Origin: Octopus sinensis
Taxonomy: Eukaryota
Reading direction: 5' to 3'
Assembly: GCF_006345805.1 (NCBI RefSeq)
Contig: NC_043008.1
Location: 15,500,001 to 15,564,000 of the forward strand
Length of the DNA: 64,000 nt
Under the pieces are notes generated by a model. That model was not told the origin of the DNA and did not search any database. It was given only the letters and a program-made list of their open reading frames with translations. Below, piece after piece: positions 27,823-42,238 of this stretch (its first letter is position 1; each line of letters starts with the position of its first letter). The position numbers and the translations under genes were made by a program.

Positions 27823-28402
27823 TAGGCGGCGAGCTGGCAGAATCGTTAGCACGCCGGGCGAATCGCTTAGCAGTATTTCGTCTGCCGCTACGTTCTGAGT
27901 TCAAATTCCGCCGAGGTTGACTTTGCCTTTCATCCTTTTGGGGTAGATAAATAAAGTACCAGTTACGCACTGGGGTCGATGTAATCGACTTAATCCGTTT
28001 ATCTGTCCTTGTTTGTCCACTCTATGTTTAGCCCCTTGTGGGTAGTAAAGAAATAGGTATTTCGTCTACCGTTATGTTCTGAGTTCAAATTCCGCCGGGG
28101 TCGACTTTGCCTTTCATCGTTTCGGGGTGGATTAAATAAGTACCAGTTACACACTGGGGTCGATATCATCGATTTAATCCGTTTGTCTGTCCTTGTTTGT
28201 CCTCTCTGTGTTTAGCTCCTTGTGGGTAGTAAAGAAATAGGTATTCCGTCTGCCGCTACGTTGTGAGTTCAAATTCCGCCGAGGTCGACTTTGCCTTCCA
28301 TCCTTTCGGGGTCGATAAATTAAGTAGCAGTTGCGTACTGGGGTAGATTTAATCAATTGGCCCTCCCTCCAAAATTCCAGGCTTTGTGCCTAGAGTAGAA
28401 AA
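27823..28402 (+). mobile_element. SINE family C trimer
   Basis: Units restart at GGTATT after the ...AAAGAAATA tail. Confidence 0.85.
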
Positions 28403-29931
28403 GTAAATATAATGTTAATATCGCAGCTGATTCCAACTATTCAGGCCATATAATTCGTGCATGCATCTTCCCCTTTTATATGAAATAAACTGAAATTTTA
28501 CAGCCTTTAGTAATGGGTAATACCGGAAAGATTCTCTCTGTTAACTGTTATTAATTATACGACCTCAGCTTCAGGAAAATGCTTCTATAAATTCTTGAAA
28601 ACCTTTAACCTTTATACTTTACATTATTTTTCAAAGAAACAGAACCTAATTAACCTAAAACCATAATTAATGATCCAGTTCAAACCATATTGATTAGAAA
28701 CTCGAACCTTTAGGTTATTGAAAAGATTTTTAACGATAATATGGCTTATTAAAATGAGGTCTTGAGTTGGAGTGGATGTAAGGTTAGAAACAAACTATGT
28801 TGTTGACACTAAATTGAAGTTTTCACTTAATAATAAATAAAATCCATACAAATATGGTGGAGAATACGAATGGATACCTAAAATAAAGTAACGTATGGAT
28901 GGATACTAAGATCAAAATAGTGTACCTTTACGAGATTAGTATAACTATATATAAACCTGTGGTGATGTACTTGACTGTTAAGTGATGTGTCGCAACTAAA
29001 ACGATTAAAGCGTGGAAAGCGTATTCTACGCATTCAAAAACTTAACAAATTTGACTTAAAATTTTATCGTTTCCTGTCAAAAGTTTCGCCGTACTAATTA
29101 ATAAGTGTTTAAGCGAATTTAACAGCTTTTGTGTAGTTTGGAAAGGCGAAGAATCTTCCATGCTGCGAATACGTACACAAACACAGACACAGACACAGAC
29201 ACACACACACACACATACACACACACACACACACACATACACACCACACACACACACACACACACACATGTATGAACCGAATACCTAACGATTCAGAAAT
29301 AGAAAGCTTAAACCAGTTTAATTAATGATCTAAGCCCTGTAGTGAATCGTTAGAAAAGGAAACATTATAATTGAAATATAAAGATTTCCGTTATAAATAA
29401 AATATATATCCTAAGTATAATGATAAAAAGATATTAGGTATATTTCATAACAATATTATTGGTTTCACACTTTGGCAGGTAAGTAGATAAGTCGATTACA
29501 ACAACCCGCATGCCCAACTCATATTTATTTATCCCAAAAGAATGAAAGGTAAATTTGACCTCGTTTCATAATAATATTATTGGTTCAAAATTTAGCAGGG
29601 GAGGGATAAATCGATACATCGATCCCAGTCATTAACTGGTATTTATTTTACCTACCCCGAAAGGATGAAATATTACGTCAACCACGGCGGAATTTGAAAC
29701 GTAAGGACGGATGAAATACCGCAAAGCAAATTTTTTCGGCGTGCCTAGCGATTCGGCCTGCTCGCAGCCTTGTTTCATAATAATATTTGTCGTGAAAGCG
29801 TATACGTTTGTGTGTGAAATACTGTAATATTTGTTGTAAGCAATAGTGGAAATTAAAATTTAAATACACTAAGCAACGCAGACGACCACGAAAATGTAGG
29901 AACATTTATGGAAAAGTATGACGATTGTAAA

Positions 29932-30232
29932 TGTGGCTTAGCGGTTAGGGCATTCGGCTCCCGATTTTAAGGTCGTGAGCTCAATTCCCGGTGACGCGTT
30001 ATGTGATTGAGCAAGACACGTTGCTCCAATCCACTCAGCTGGCAAAAATGAGGTGTACATGTATTTGAAAGGGCCGGCCTTGTCACACTCTGTGTCACGC
30101 TGAATCTCTCTGAGAACTGCGTTAGGGGTACACTTGTCTGTGGATTGCTCAGTCACTTGCACGTTAATTTCACGAGAAGCTGTTCGTTGATCGTATCAGC
30201 TGGGACCCTCGTCGTCGTAACCGACGGAGTGC
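29932..30232 (+). mobile_element. SINE sharing the family B 3' half but with a different tRNA head (minus-strand relative at 2367-2628)
   Basis: GTGGCTTAGCGGTTAGGGCATTCGGCTC head; tail CGTCGTCGTAACCGACGGAGTGC. Confidence 0.8.
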
Positions 30233-30234
30233 TC

Positions 30235-30334
<100 letters not shown>

Positions 30335-31250
30335 CCAGTTAGAACAGAAATAGGAAGTGAGACATAACCTCTTTAACGATTTCTTTCCGCAGTGATCCAA
30401 ATTCGTTCTTTAAAATACTTAAGCATATATTAACCCCACGGCAAAGATACCGTCAACCGAATTTAGTCACAAGGCTTTGGTCGTGCCGGGGCTATAGTAG
30501 AAGACACTTGTCGATGGTACCCCGCAGTGTGACCGGACGTGGAACCGTGAGGCTGGAATACAAACGTCTAACCACAAAATGAAAAATGTTCCATAGTTTA
30601 TTTATATAGAGGTAGAGATTTTCTCCAACATTTCGAAGAAAATAGAAAAATGAAATAAAATGAAATGAAATGAAGTGAGATGAAGTGAAACAAAATAAAA
30701 TTATATAGAATATGATGTTTAAATATTTTCCTCATTTCATTTCAGAATGTCTTAAAACTTTTAAGTGACACAACGTAAAACTATTATTTCATTTTAATTC
30801 ACTTCATTTCATTATATTGCATTCGGTTCCTTTGGAGATTTTGAAGATGTTCTGTGTTTGTATATAAATAAAATGAAGCACATTCTTTCATTTCTTCTGA
30901 ATAACATTATTATTACTATTATTACTAACTTTGAGTAATATGCTCACTACTAAAAGCATTTCATTACCAACACTCCCTCTTTCTTTCTCCCTCCTTCGCT
31001 CACGCTCACCTATATAAACCAAAACGCAACAGAACTTTTTCAAGTAACAGGAATTAATATTGTTAGTGAGATTTAATATTTTAGCAAATAAACTTAATTA
31101 ATTTAATTTCTCAACAGAAATTAAAATCAGCAACAGAAGTCGTGAAAATGGAGTCTACTTTCTAAATCATTAAATCTGCAGCATACGTCATCATTCATAC
31201 ATACGTACATTCATGCATACATTCACACACACACAAACACATATATATAT

Positions 31251-31317
<67 letters not shown>

Positions 31318-32094
31318 TAATAATAATAATGAAGATGATGATGATAAAAATTAAGAAAAAAATGAGACTTCGATAGATAAATATTTATATAATTTAGAAC
31401 AAACTGTAACAGTTTGTCATTATAGTACTCGAAGTTTAGAATGTATCGTAGCTCTTCGCTCCAACATTGGAAACTCCGAGTACTACAATGCTAACCTTTT
31501 ACTACCTGTTCTAAATTATAACACACACACACACACACACACACAGACATATATATATATATATACACGCGCACGTACATATATACTCGCTTGCGTTAGC
31601 GTGTGTGTATTTAGTGAGAAAAAGAATGAAGGTGAGAGAGTCCGGCGGTGAGAGAAACAGAATGTGTATGCTATGAGAGAAAGAGAGACCCTACCCTACT
31701 CTTAAACCACACTTTCTCTCACACTTTCTTCCTTTTTCTGTTGTAACTCTATCTCAAAGAGCCAGCCTTGTGTCCCGCTAAGTCTCCATGACTTTAACGG
31801 TACATGTGTCCGTGGAGTGCACAGCCACTTGCATCTTAATTTCACGCAGGCTTTCCGTTGATTGGATCAACTGGAACCCTCGTCTTCGTAACTGACAGAG
31901 TGTCATAGTAATATATATATATATATCTATATATATAATATATATATATATATATATGATATATATATAATTGAATAGTTAATTACCTTATTATGGATAA
32001 TTCGGTTAAACTTCGAAACATATGTCGAAAATAAAATAAAGGAATTTTGATAATTTCGTCGTTCAACTCCATTCTTTCATTTATTTACACACAC

Positions 32095-32126
<32 letters not shown>

Positions 32127-32127
32127 T

Positions 32128-32192
<65 letters not shown>

Positions 32193-32196
32193 TTAT

Positions 32197-32239
<43 letters not shown>

Positions 32240-32257
32240 ATATAATATAAATAATAA

Positions 32258-32321
<64 letters not shown>

Positions 32322-32745
32322 AGGGATTGCCCCAAAAGCCACTATACACTTTCGTTTTTCTATTTCGTTTGAAGTATCATTCAGAGAGACATGAGGCCAT
32401 CAGCATTTGACACAGAATCACAGCGTTTTTGCAAGCATATCATTCCCTTGCCCATGGTACACCATACCACCAACTTGGGAGCGTCTCGTTCCTGTTCGAG
32501 AATTTCTACTGGCTTTGATCTTCCCCAAATTCGACAATTGTGTCGGTTTATCCGACCAGAAAGATAAAAGCTAGACTCATCGCTGAACCATAGGTCTTCC
32601 AAGAACTGGGAGTCCTTTTGGTAATAGTGGAGGAATGATTCACACATTTCCACACACGCATCATAATTTTCCGCTGGAAGCCTTTGAACACCCTATATTC
32701 GGTAAAAGTAGATCTTTATCACTTTGCGAAGCATCTATTTAATTG
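32322..32745 (-). mobile_element. Internally deleted Tc1/mariner transposon
   Basis: LWFSDESSFYLSGRINRHNCRIWG...KLVVWC (first catalytic Asp) fused to a C-terminal LQKRC...G segment; TIR-like end adjoining TA. Confidence 0.85.
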
Positions 32746-32865
32746 ACATCCTTGCGGGGTAGGTTAAATAAGTACCAGTACGCGCTGTCTATCCTTATAA
32801 TCCCTCACTATGTTTAACCCCGTGTGGGCAATAAAGAAGTATTTATGTATGTGTATATATATATT

Positions 32866-32929
<64 letters not shown>

Positions 32930-33941
32930 TATACATATATACATATATATATATATAATATACATATATATATACATATATATATGTATGTGTGTGTATA
33001 TATGCTTTAACTAATTAAACGGAGTTCAAAAAATTATACAAAAATTTATACAAAATTTTACACAACCTTATTTAGCCCCGTGTGGGCAATAAAGAAATAT
33101 ATTTATATATATATACATATGTGGGTGTGTGTGTGGGTGTGTGTGTAAGTGCCTGTGTTTGCACGCATCTGTGGCGTGAATATGTATCTGTGCGCATGTG
33201 TATGCATGGGCGCATGCGTAATATATGCGTATGTTAATTGAGTAGTAAGTTCAATTCTGTAAAGGACTGAAATGACTTGTGATGACTCGAGTATTGGATG
33301 CTCGCTGCTTTACAGCTGATGGATTTCACCGGAATGTTTGCATTGCGTGTGACATGGGGAGGGCACAGAATTGGTTACTTCTGTTTGAACGTTGTTTCTC
33401 TTTTATTTGTTTATTTATGCATGCAAATGAATGTGTTGCTGTTTGTGATTGGTTTTCGTTGTCAGTATTGCTTGTATGTCAATTAACGTGCTTGTCATGT
33501 GTATAAAAGATAGATAGATAGATTGGTCAGAGCAGTAATTATTATTGAGGAAGGAGATGCGGAGCGTGGGGCCATGCAGAAGGAAAGGGTGAGATCTGGT
33601 TTTACGTGGTAGTTCTGTGAAGAATGTGTGTGTGTAAATATGAGGCAGGCAGGCAGCTCGCTGAAGATGAACTTTGGTATGACTAATGGTTTACACGTAT
33701 ATTTTCGAACACAGAATTTCATTTAGATACAGAAGCACGCCAAAATCATATACGAAGTCATGCCAGTGCACGTAAAAACAGCCATTGAAACAGAACACAG
33801 ACACACATACACAAAGTAAACATTGAGCTGACGTATTGCTCTTTCCATACAAGAATATATAGAGTTCTTCTCAGTGATTATGCATTAATGCACAGCTTCC
33901 TGTCTTTGCCCATCCATAATATGTATGTGTGTATATATGTA

Positions 33942-34590
33942 TGTAATTATTCAGTTCATTTCAAGATTTCTTGCCAATACAGAAAGAAAGGGTTTCTATC
34001 CTAGATCCAAGCCTCCTTCACTGGAATTTCAACATCAACAACAGGGTATTTTTGTTCGTATATATGTATGCATGTATGTATGTATGTATGTATGTATGTA
34101 TGTATGTATGTATGTATGTACTGTATGTATGTATGTATGTATGTATGTATTGTATGTATGTATGTATGCATGCATGTATGTATGTATGTATGTATGTATG
34201 TATGTATGTATGTATGTATGTATGTATGTATGTACGCATGTATGTACGTGCTGATTTGTATGTTTTATGTATACATTCTCATGCATATAGTTGCATATGT
34301 AAAAATGCTCATGTATATTTAGTTTCAATGATGGATTGGATCGGTAGTCTTCGAATTAGCTTTCTCCTTTCTGCTTTTGAGAAGCTTAATTTCTCAAGAT
34401 TGGTATTTAGGCAGTGTGCTACATATCCCAGGGCCCCAATTATTACAGGTATAAACCTGAACTTGTTATTTGGATAGAGTAACTGCATAATTCTCAATAG
34501 TTAAGCGCAGGCGTTCTCTTGTCTCTAATCTTCAGCTTTATGCTAACATCCAGTGTGAAGCTTATTTCCACAAATCTGCACCATCTCGTG
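33942..34590 (-). mobile_element. R4/Dong-like (restriction-like endonuclease) non-LTR 3' fragment embedded in (TATG)n
   Basis: CRFVEISFTLDVSIKLKIRDK and QLLYPNNKFRFIPVIIGALGYV resemble the RLE C-terminus; putative 3' UTR at 33942-34058. Confidence 0.7.
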
Positions 34591-37500
34591 CATTTATGTA
34601 TGTATGTATGTATGTATGTATGTATTACGTATGTATGCATGTAAGTATATATGTATGTATGTAAGTATATATGTATGCATGTATGTATGTGTGTATGAAT
34701 GTATGTATGTAAGTATATATATATGTATGCATGTAAATATATATGTATGTAAGTGTAAATGTTTGTGTGCATGTATGAGATTCTCTTTTATTCCCTTTTA
34801 TTTGTTTCAGTCATTTGACTGCGGCCATGCTGGAACACCGCCTTTTAGTTGAACAAATCGACTCAGGGCTTATTCTTTGCGAGCCTAGTATTTAATCTAT
34901 CGGACTCTTTTGCCCAACCACTACTTTACGCGGGACGTAAACACACCGATATCGGTTGACTAGCGATGGGGAGGCAAACACAGACACGCATACATATGCA
35001 TACATATACATACATATCCCGTTTTGGGATCTGCGTCCACTATGTATCTTAAATTACTTGATCCAGAACCGAGTTATTACCGTAGTGGGTTTTCTTGTTT
35101 CCGTTGGGTTAGGGTCTTTGCCTCATCGTCAAAATATATCTTCGTTGAGTTACTTCTAAAAGCCTTCTTATGATGAACGTCCTGGTCTAGTACAATATAC
35201 CAAGATGTTTAAATGTCTCATTCACTTCTGTTTTCAAGCGCAGCGGTTCTTCGTTTAGTTTACTGTTACTCATAAGTCCTTTTATTCAGTTAGCTTCTTC
35301 TCCCGAACTGTTGTTCTCTGGAACAGTTCCTGAGAAAGTCGGCTTATTTCCTTCTTGTCTATGATAACCAGTGTTTGAAACTTTCTTTCAAATGACATCT
35401 TTAAAATTTTTAGACCCCCCTTATTATCCTTATTTGTAATACCTTATTCTACCGTTGCCCCAGGCTTTGATTGAGACAAAACCTCTAAACAAAGTGAGTG
35501 TGAAGGGTGTGAAAAAAAATCTATATTGAAAATTATGATGATCCAAGCTAATTATTTTCGTCGATTCTTTGAGAAATAAGTCCACAGCCATAAAGACAAC
35601 ATGCATAGTTTTATAAGAACATGGCTGTCAATAGACCATTATGTTTGCTGTAGCATACACAAAATATATTTTTCTAGTTAGTGGAAAGTCTACGAGATAA
35701 TAGGAGTCTACGAGAATATAAAATCCGGAAATTTGAGAGAAGTGTTTACGGATTTATGTACGGTGTATAGATTACCAACTTCTCATGCTTGTCTGGTTAT
35801 TACAATTAACTTGAAATGGAAATTTTAATAAGTTTCCCTTGCGCTAAACCGAAGTATAGAATCCGTATACGCATGCAAATTCACGCTGTAAGTGCGTATG
35901 CATACATATACATACATATACACACACATATACATACATACATACAAATATACATATATATATATACACACACTCACACATATATGTATATATATGTGCA
36001 TGTATATGCATATAATATTACATATATATATATATATACATATCTATATATATGTACATATATGTATATATATAGATGTATATAATATTATATATTATAT
36101 GTATATATACGTTATATATTATATATATATGTGTGGTACATAGATGTATATACGTATATGCACAAAGTAAGAGAGAGAGAGAGAGTGAGAAAGATGGAGA
36201 GAAAGAGAGAAAGACAGAAGAATGTGCATGAGAGAGAAATCCTTCCTCGTGTTGCTGCTTAAGTTGCCCTTTGTCGACATAAGCAGCGTCCAACAAATTG
36301 CTTCTCATTCGAAGCGTAAAGAGATAATATGCGAATGTCCCGCAACCCTGTCTTGCATGAAAACCAATTCGACGGTATTGTATCTCACACAATGTGAGGT
36401 ATGTTTAATTTTTCCCCATTTGAAACTCCTGTGCAACGAACTGTAACCTTGTTACCGGAATCAATATGATAAAAGACAAATTTTGAATTTACTATTTCGC
36501 TTCTTTCATAGACTATGAAAGCTGGAACACTGGTTACACCGTGTTTGCCATACTTACAGGGAAAATATCTCTAAATTGTTTGGGATACCTAATTCGTATT
36601 TGGACAATATTGCTTTCTTTTTATGTTGCCTAATATTAAAAATAACGACAATCTTAAGCGTTATGCCATTGCATTTGTTGGGTAAAACAAGCGCATCTAA
36701 TCGTTTGCAACTAGATATAACACTATCAACAATTAAACTTATATTGCTTTGCGTGAAAAATCTGTAGATATGTATATCCTCTTTACACCGTTCCTTGGGC
36801 AATTTCTTTTATATATCAGTAACTTTAGTTGATGAGCTACGCCTAAGAGAGGTCTTTCAACGGAAACATTTCAGAAACCTACCATTTTAATGGTATTTGT
36901 GAGGCTGACTAAACTTGTTCTGTCATTTTTACCAGAAAGAAGAGAAAATATCTATGGTCTTGCCTTCACTTTATAAGAGCTTTGAGATCGACGCTTCTAA
37001 AATTTCTCTTGAGCAACTGAAAATGGAGTGCTGTAGGGGGAAAAACTAGTGGTGTTCTTTTAAAGACATTTGATCCCTGTGGATTGTAGGCTAAACATAA
37101 CATTTCTCTACTGTACTTGACTCTTGAGTGTTATTTATGTCACAGGTTTTGATTTGCAATTGTCATCGATGCTTCGGTGTTAGCCAGAGGCAAAACCATT
37201 TTTACCTCAGTGAAGAGGTGATCCATATTAATCTGGACTCTATCCTTGACCAGTCCGCCATAGGAAGCTCAACCAGTCTGATAGCATAGTCCTCAGTCCG
37301 ACTGAGTTACACAATCCACCACGCTGCAATATTGATCAGACCTATAAAATAAACCTACCCCCCGCCCACAAAAAAAAAAACGGTTTCAGATAATGAAAAT
37401 CAGAGGGAGGAGGATTCAGTGCTGTGCTTAGTGCTGGTTTAGTCTGTATAGAAAATAAGGATAACAGAATGAGGGGGGAATTGAGTAACAGATGTGCATC

Positions 37501-38456
37501 TACTTTGAAGTGGCACGTGACCTTGTCAGCTCTGAACAGCAGCTGTCATCCCAGTTACTTCTGTCGAGGGTTGTCGCATCCAGATGCGTCACAAACCCAC
37601 ACTGAGAATCTGAAAATACCTGCACTAGTCAGGAAAACTGAAATATCGAATTTTAATCAAAATTTCATATTTGTTGAGAGAGAGAAATCTCTAAAGGTAA
37701 CTCTTTCTCCGAACGAAACCTAAAGGAGAAACAATAAGTTTGAACGGTATTCCTGCTAGAAATTAATAATTCTCATTAAATATACTTATAGTGCAAAATA
37801 GGAAACTCAGTGAGATTTTACAAATTGTGTTTGAAATTACATGAAAGATGATGAACGCCATTTTAAGTAAGAAACAAGAATATATTTCTTCGGAATTTGC
37901 ATAATTTCTACTACATATTACTCACTGGAAATCGCCAATTTCAACGCATCTAAGCAATCATTCTTTAATACTCCCACGTGTGAAGACATTGTAAATAAAG
38001 TATGATGACTAGGGTTGAAAGGAAAACGACGATTAAGTTTAATTGCAAACTTTATGCTTTTTCATCAATTGAAAACGGCAAGAAAAAGAAAAAAAAAACA
38101 TTCACAATCAATTTAAATATAATTTGATGTTTATCAAAGCGGCTATTTAGTTACCAATGGCAGTTTATGTAAATGAGATTTCATTAAAATATCAAGGCAA
38201 AAGAAATCCATTTAAAACGGGACCAGCTTTTCTTATTCAAATGTTTCAATTTCACTGGGGTCTTTGAAAATTGACACATTAATGCTTAAATAATCCTTTA
38301 CCGCATCTCGGATTTACTTGAATAAAATTATAGCTATATAAATGGTCGGACTGAAGCTGTAATATACATTTACAAACTGCTGTGAATAGCTCCACTCAAA
38401 TAATACTGGAAGAGAAATTTTATGCGTTCCAAACCAGCAGTTAGTTGAATATATAT

Positions 38457-38500
<44 letters not shown>

Positions 38501-39188
38501 TATATATATATACATACATACATATATATATATATAATATATATATATGTATGTATGTGTGTGTGTGTGTGGTGTAAAAATATGGTTTTAAGAATATCAC
38601 TAGCTTTACATCACGTTTGAAAATAAAATCCAAAGATAATATTAATAGCCAAATGAATTTCACTTGTCTTGCTTATTGGAATGTGATCAACCTGGGATAA
38701 CCTGGGATAAGACATAATTGATAACATCAGTCACATCATATATTTTATATTTTTAAGCAACTATGTAACCGAAATTTGATATGAAGGTAACATAATACAA
38801 TCGCATAATTTAAGCAGAATGAGAAAAATAAACGCCAAATATGAACAGGTCTCGATTGAAGAAACAATAATCTTGAGCCTGATAGTAGAAAGCAACATGA
38901 GGTGAATTCCGAATAAACTATAGTGGAGCCATAAACAAAATCACGAACAAATTCTCCGTCTAACATTTTGGAGGTAGTCGTAGCTTGAGCCGTCAGTTAT
39001 TCTACCAGTATTTGACAGTTCAGTAATTGAACGGCAAATATTTCACAGTTGAGTTGATGGGATACCAATAGCACCTAATTGTCTTCTATGACAACTTTCG
39101 CAGGCTCAATATAGTTCATACTTCGGTTAAAGTGTTTGGTCAGATACAAACTTATCATCAGTATTTGCCGAATGATTAACATAATATT

Positions 39189-39415
39189 AAGGTGAGGGAT
39201 TCACGAAAGAAAAAAAAAACAAAGGACGAAGGCAGGTAGTATAGAAAACAAACAGATGTATTAGTATAACGCTCGGGCATTGAAAAAAGTCTTTTACGTT
39301 TCGAGCCTACGCTCTTCCACAAAAAAAAGAACACTGAAAGAAACAATGAGAAAAACAAGGAGAGAAAAAAAGGAGAGAAAAAATGTGTGTAGTGGCTACC
39401 GATCTATCATGGCGT
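39189..39415 (-). mobile_element. Diverged copy of the 58681-58884 element
   Basis: Shares GAAGAGCGTAGGCTCGAAACGT.AAAGAC, ATACTAATACA and ACCTGCCTTCGTC on the minus strand. Confidence 0.7.
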
Positions 39416-40012
39416 GTAATATTAACCATGCTAATAATTTCTGGTTTTCCTTTGCAGCCCTAGCGTTGTTCAACTACGGTTTTTTGTTACGATAATCTCA
39501 TGAGTAATCAATCTAAAGTCTTTTGTTCTTTGAACATGCTAACTTTTCTGGTCGACTTTTGTATGGCTTCAGGAGAACCTGATTATCAAATTGTTGAATT
39601 TATAATCAATATATTTCAATTAAATATAATACCGGATGACATCTTCCACTTGGTTTTCGGATATTTCAATTTGGGGTTGGAATTATCACTAACGACTACA
39701 TCATCGTAGTATATACTCCTCATTAAGTCTTATGCGTATCAGAGCTCTGTTATGTCTCACGCAATGTTTCATTACATACATATACTACTCCTAAATTCTA
39801 AAGCCTATGAACATTACATTGTCATTTTGCTTTTCCTTCATTCATAGCTAATAACGCTCAATGAAATTGTACAACCCACAGCAGATATTTTTTATATATT
39901 TTTCACAAACAAGGAACAGTAAAACATTTTGCAACAGAAGCATGGAAAGTTAATGTTGTTGCGCAGCACAGATATATAATCACTAAGTCTATTAAGAGGT
40001 ATTCTGCCCGGA

Positions 40013-40400
40013 GTGGAGGTGCAATGGCCCAGTGGTTAGGGCAGCGGTCTCGCAGTCATAGGATCGCGGTTTCGATTTCCAGACCGGGCGTTGTGAGTGT
40101 TTATTGAGCGAAAACACCTAAAGCTCCACGAGGCTCCGGCAGGGGATGGTGGTGATCCCTGCTGTACTCTTTCACCACAACTTTCTCTCACTCTTACTTC
40201 CTGTTTCTGTTGTACCTGTATTTCAAAGGGCCGGCCTTGTCACTCTCTGTGTCACGCTGAATATCCCCGAGAACTACGTTAAGGGTACACGTGTCTGTGG
40301 AGTGCTCAGCCACTTACACGTTAATTTCACGAGCAGGCTGTTCCTTTGATCGGATCAACCGGAACCCGCGTCGTCGTAACCGACGGAGTGCTTCCATCCT
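40013..40400 (+). mobile_element. tRNA-derived SINE family B, full length, with 11-bp TSD
   Basis: Head GGAGGTGCAATGGCCCAGTGGTTAGGGC...GGTTTCGATTTCC; TTCTGCCCGGA at 40002-40012 and 40401-40411. Confidence 0.9.
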
Positions 40401-41169
40401 TTCTGCCCGGAATTTTTTTACATATGAACAAACTACAACTAACACAAAGATTACTGCTAATCCCATATTCACATTGTTAAAATATCTACGAATATGTAGA
40501 ATTACCGACAGTCCACAATGCTAAAGATCCTTATTTGCAAACCTATTTTTACTATATACACATGTATTATGCGCAGAATCATAATTTATGTATTGACATG
40601 AAACGAGAAACTTGACGTCTCTTATTTAAGTACCTTCAATTCGTACTTCAATATTCTCTGCATCTCTAAACCGATTCCTTTATGACCCCGCCACCAATCA
40701 AAACACGACAATTAAATCAGAAATCCGTCTGTTTGTTATCTCTGCTCCATGACACATTTCCCGAAATTCGATTAATACAAAACCGAAGTCCAAACTTCTT
40801 AAATCATCAATTTTTGGTGGAAAATATCTCACGATAAGCTTCTGTTCACACCTTCGAGGACCGAAAATAATGTATAACATTATTTTCTACTCTGACAAAA
40901 TTATGAGAAGCAAGCAGAGTAAAACAAATAGTCTCATTTCTATTATATATATATATATTAATATATGTTAATACGTTAACATTATTTTATACATACATCA
41001 TATATGTCAACTGCTCCGAGATCCTGCATCGGTAATTTATAGTTATTGCAGGGTGCGTATTATTTCAATCTAAGTCGATACAACATCATTTATATTTCAT
41101 TTCAAATGTCATGTGTTAATCATAGAACTCTGTGTGTGTGTACGTGTACATGTTATATATCTATATCTA

Positions 41170-41220
<51 letters not shown>

Positions 41221-41278
41221 TTGTCTGTCGGTTTGTCTGTCTGTCTGTCTGCCTGCCTGTCTGTCTGTCCGTCTGCCC

Positions 41279-41321
<43 letters not shown>

Positions 41322-41509
41322 CATCTATCTGTCTATGTATGTATCTATCTGCCTGCCTGCATGTCAGCCTGCCAGCCAGCCTGCCAGCCTGCCAGTCTGC
41401 CTACCTACCTCCGTATGCATACATGTATGTACGTATGTATCTCTCTCTTTCTCGCTCTCTCTTTCTCTCTCTCTCTCCCTATATATATATATGTGTGTAT
41501 ATAAATATA

Positions 41510-41559
<50 letters not shown>

Positions 41560-41589
41560 TTTTTATTAAATCTACGAAATTATCCCTGA

Positions 41590-41628
41590 ACTGTTACCCA
41601 GAGTTTCACACCCCAGTTCATCGGACAC
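41590..41628 (-). ncRNA. Minimal hammerhead motif in a short TA-adjacent element
   Basis: tgt-CCGATGA-actggggtgt-GAAA-ctctgg-GTA-aca; degenerate relative at 12360-12398. Confidence 0.5.
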
Positions 41629-41976
41629 GTGTGATGAGTACTAATTTCTCTACCTTGCGGATTTGAATACCATTTTTTAACAACTTGTTTTGCGCTTATG
41701 AGCTCATATCCATGTGTATGTGTGCGTGCTTTTGTGTGTGTGTTCGTGTGTGCATACGTGTGTGTGTTTACATATACATATATACATATAAATCAAAACA
41801 GTTTGCTATGTATGTATATAATTCCCAGTAAATGTGTTGAGCGCTCTTCTTTCATTTGTCTACTTTATATATATATATATTATATATATATTATATATAT
41901 ATTATATATATATATATAAGAAATATTAGATTTCTAAATATCTCATACAGATATGTACGGTGGTGGAGCGATAGAA

Positions 41977-42238
41977 TGGTTGTATACTTTCAACTTAATG
42001 TGACAGTCCCGTAGGGAATTTCATCCCCGCTGTTTAGCCCTAGGAAGCATCGACGCTTCCTCTCGGCTTTGACACATTTCCTGTTTCCTTATATATTTAT
42101 ATCTATCTATCCATATATATTTATATAAGGACACAGGAAATGTGTCAAAGCCGACAGGAAGCGTCGATGCTTCCTAGGGCTAAACAGCGGTGCTGAAATT
42201 CCCTTACAGGACTGTCACGTTAAGTTGACAGTAAACAA

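Noticed and set aside
36222-36410. Cys-containing ORF ending near GAG|GTATGT as a possible exon
   Set aside because: No convincing acceptor, homology or partner exon
40013-40090. tRNA gene
   Set aside because: The A/B boxes belong to a SINE head that continues into SINE body and has a TSD; the same applies to the other heads
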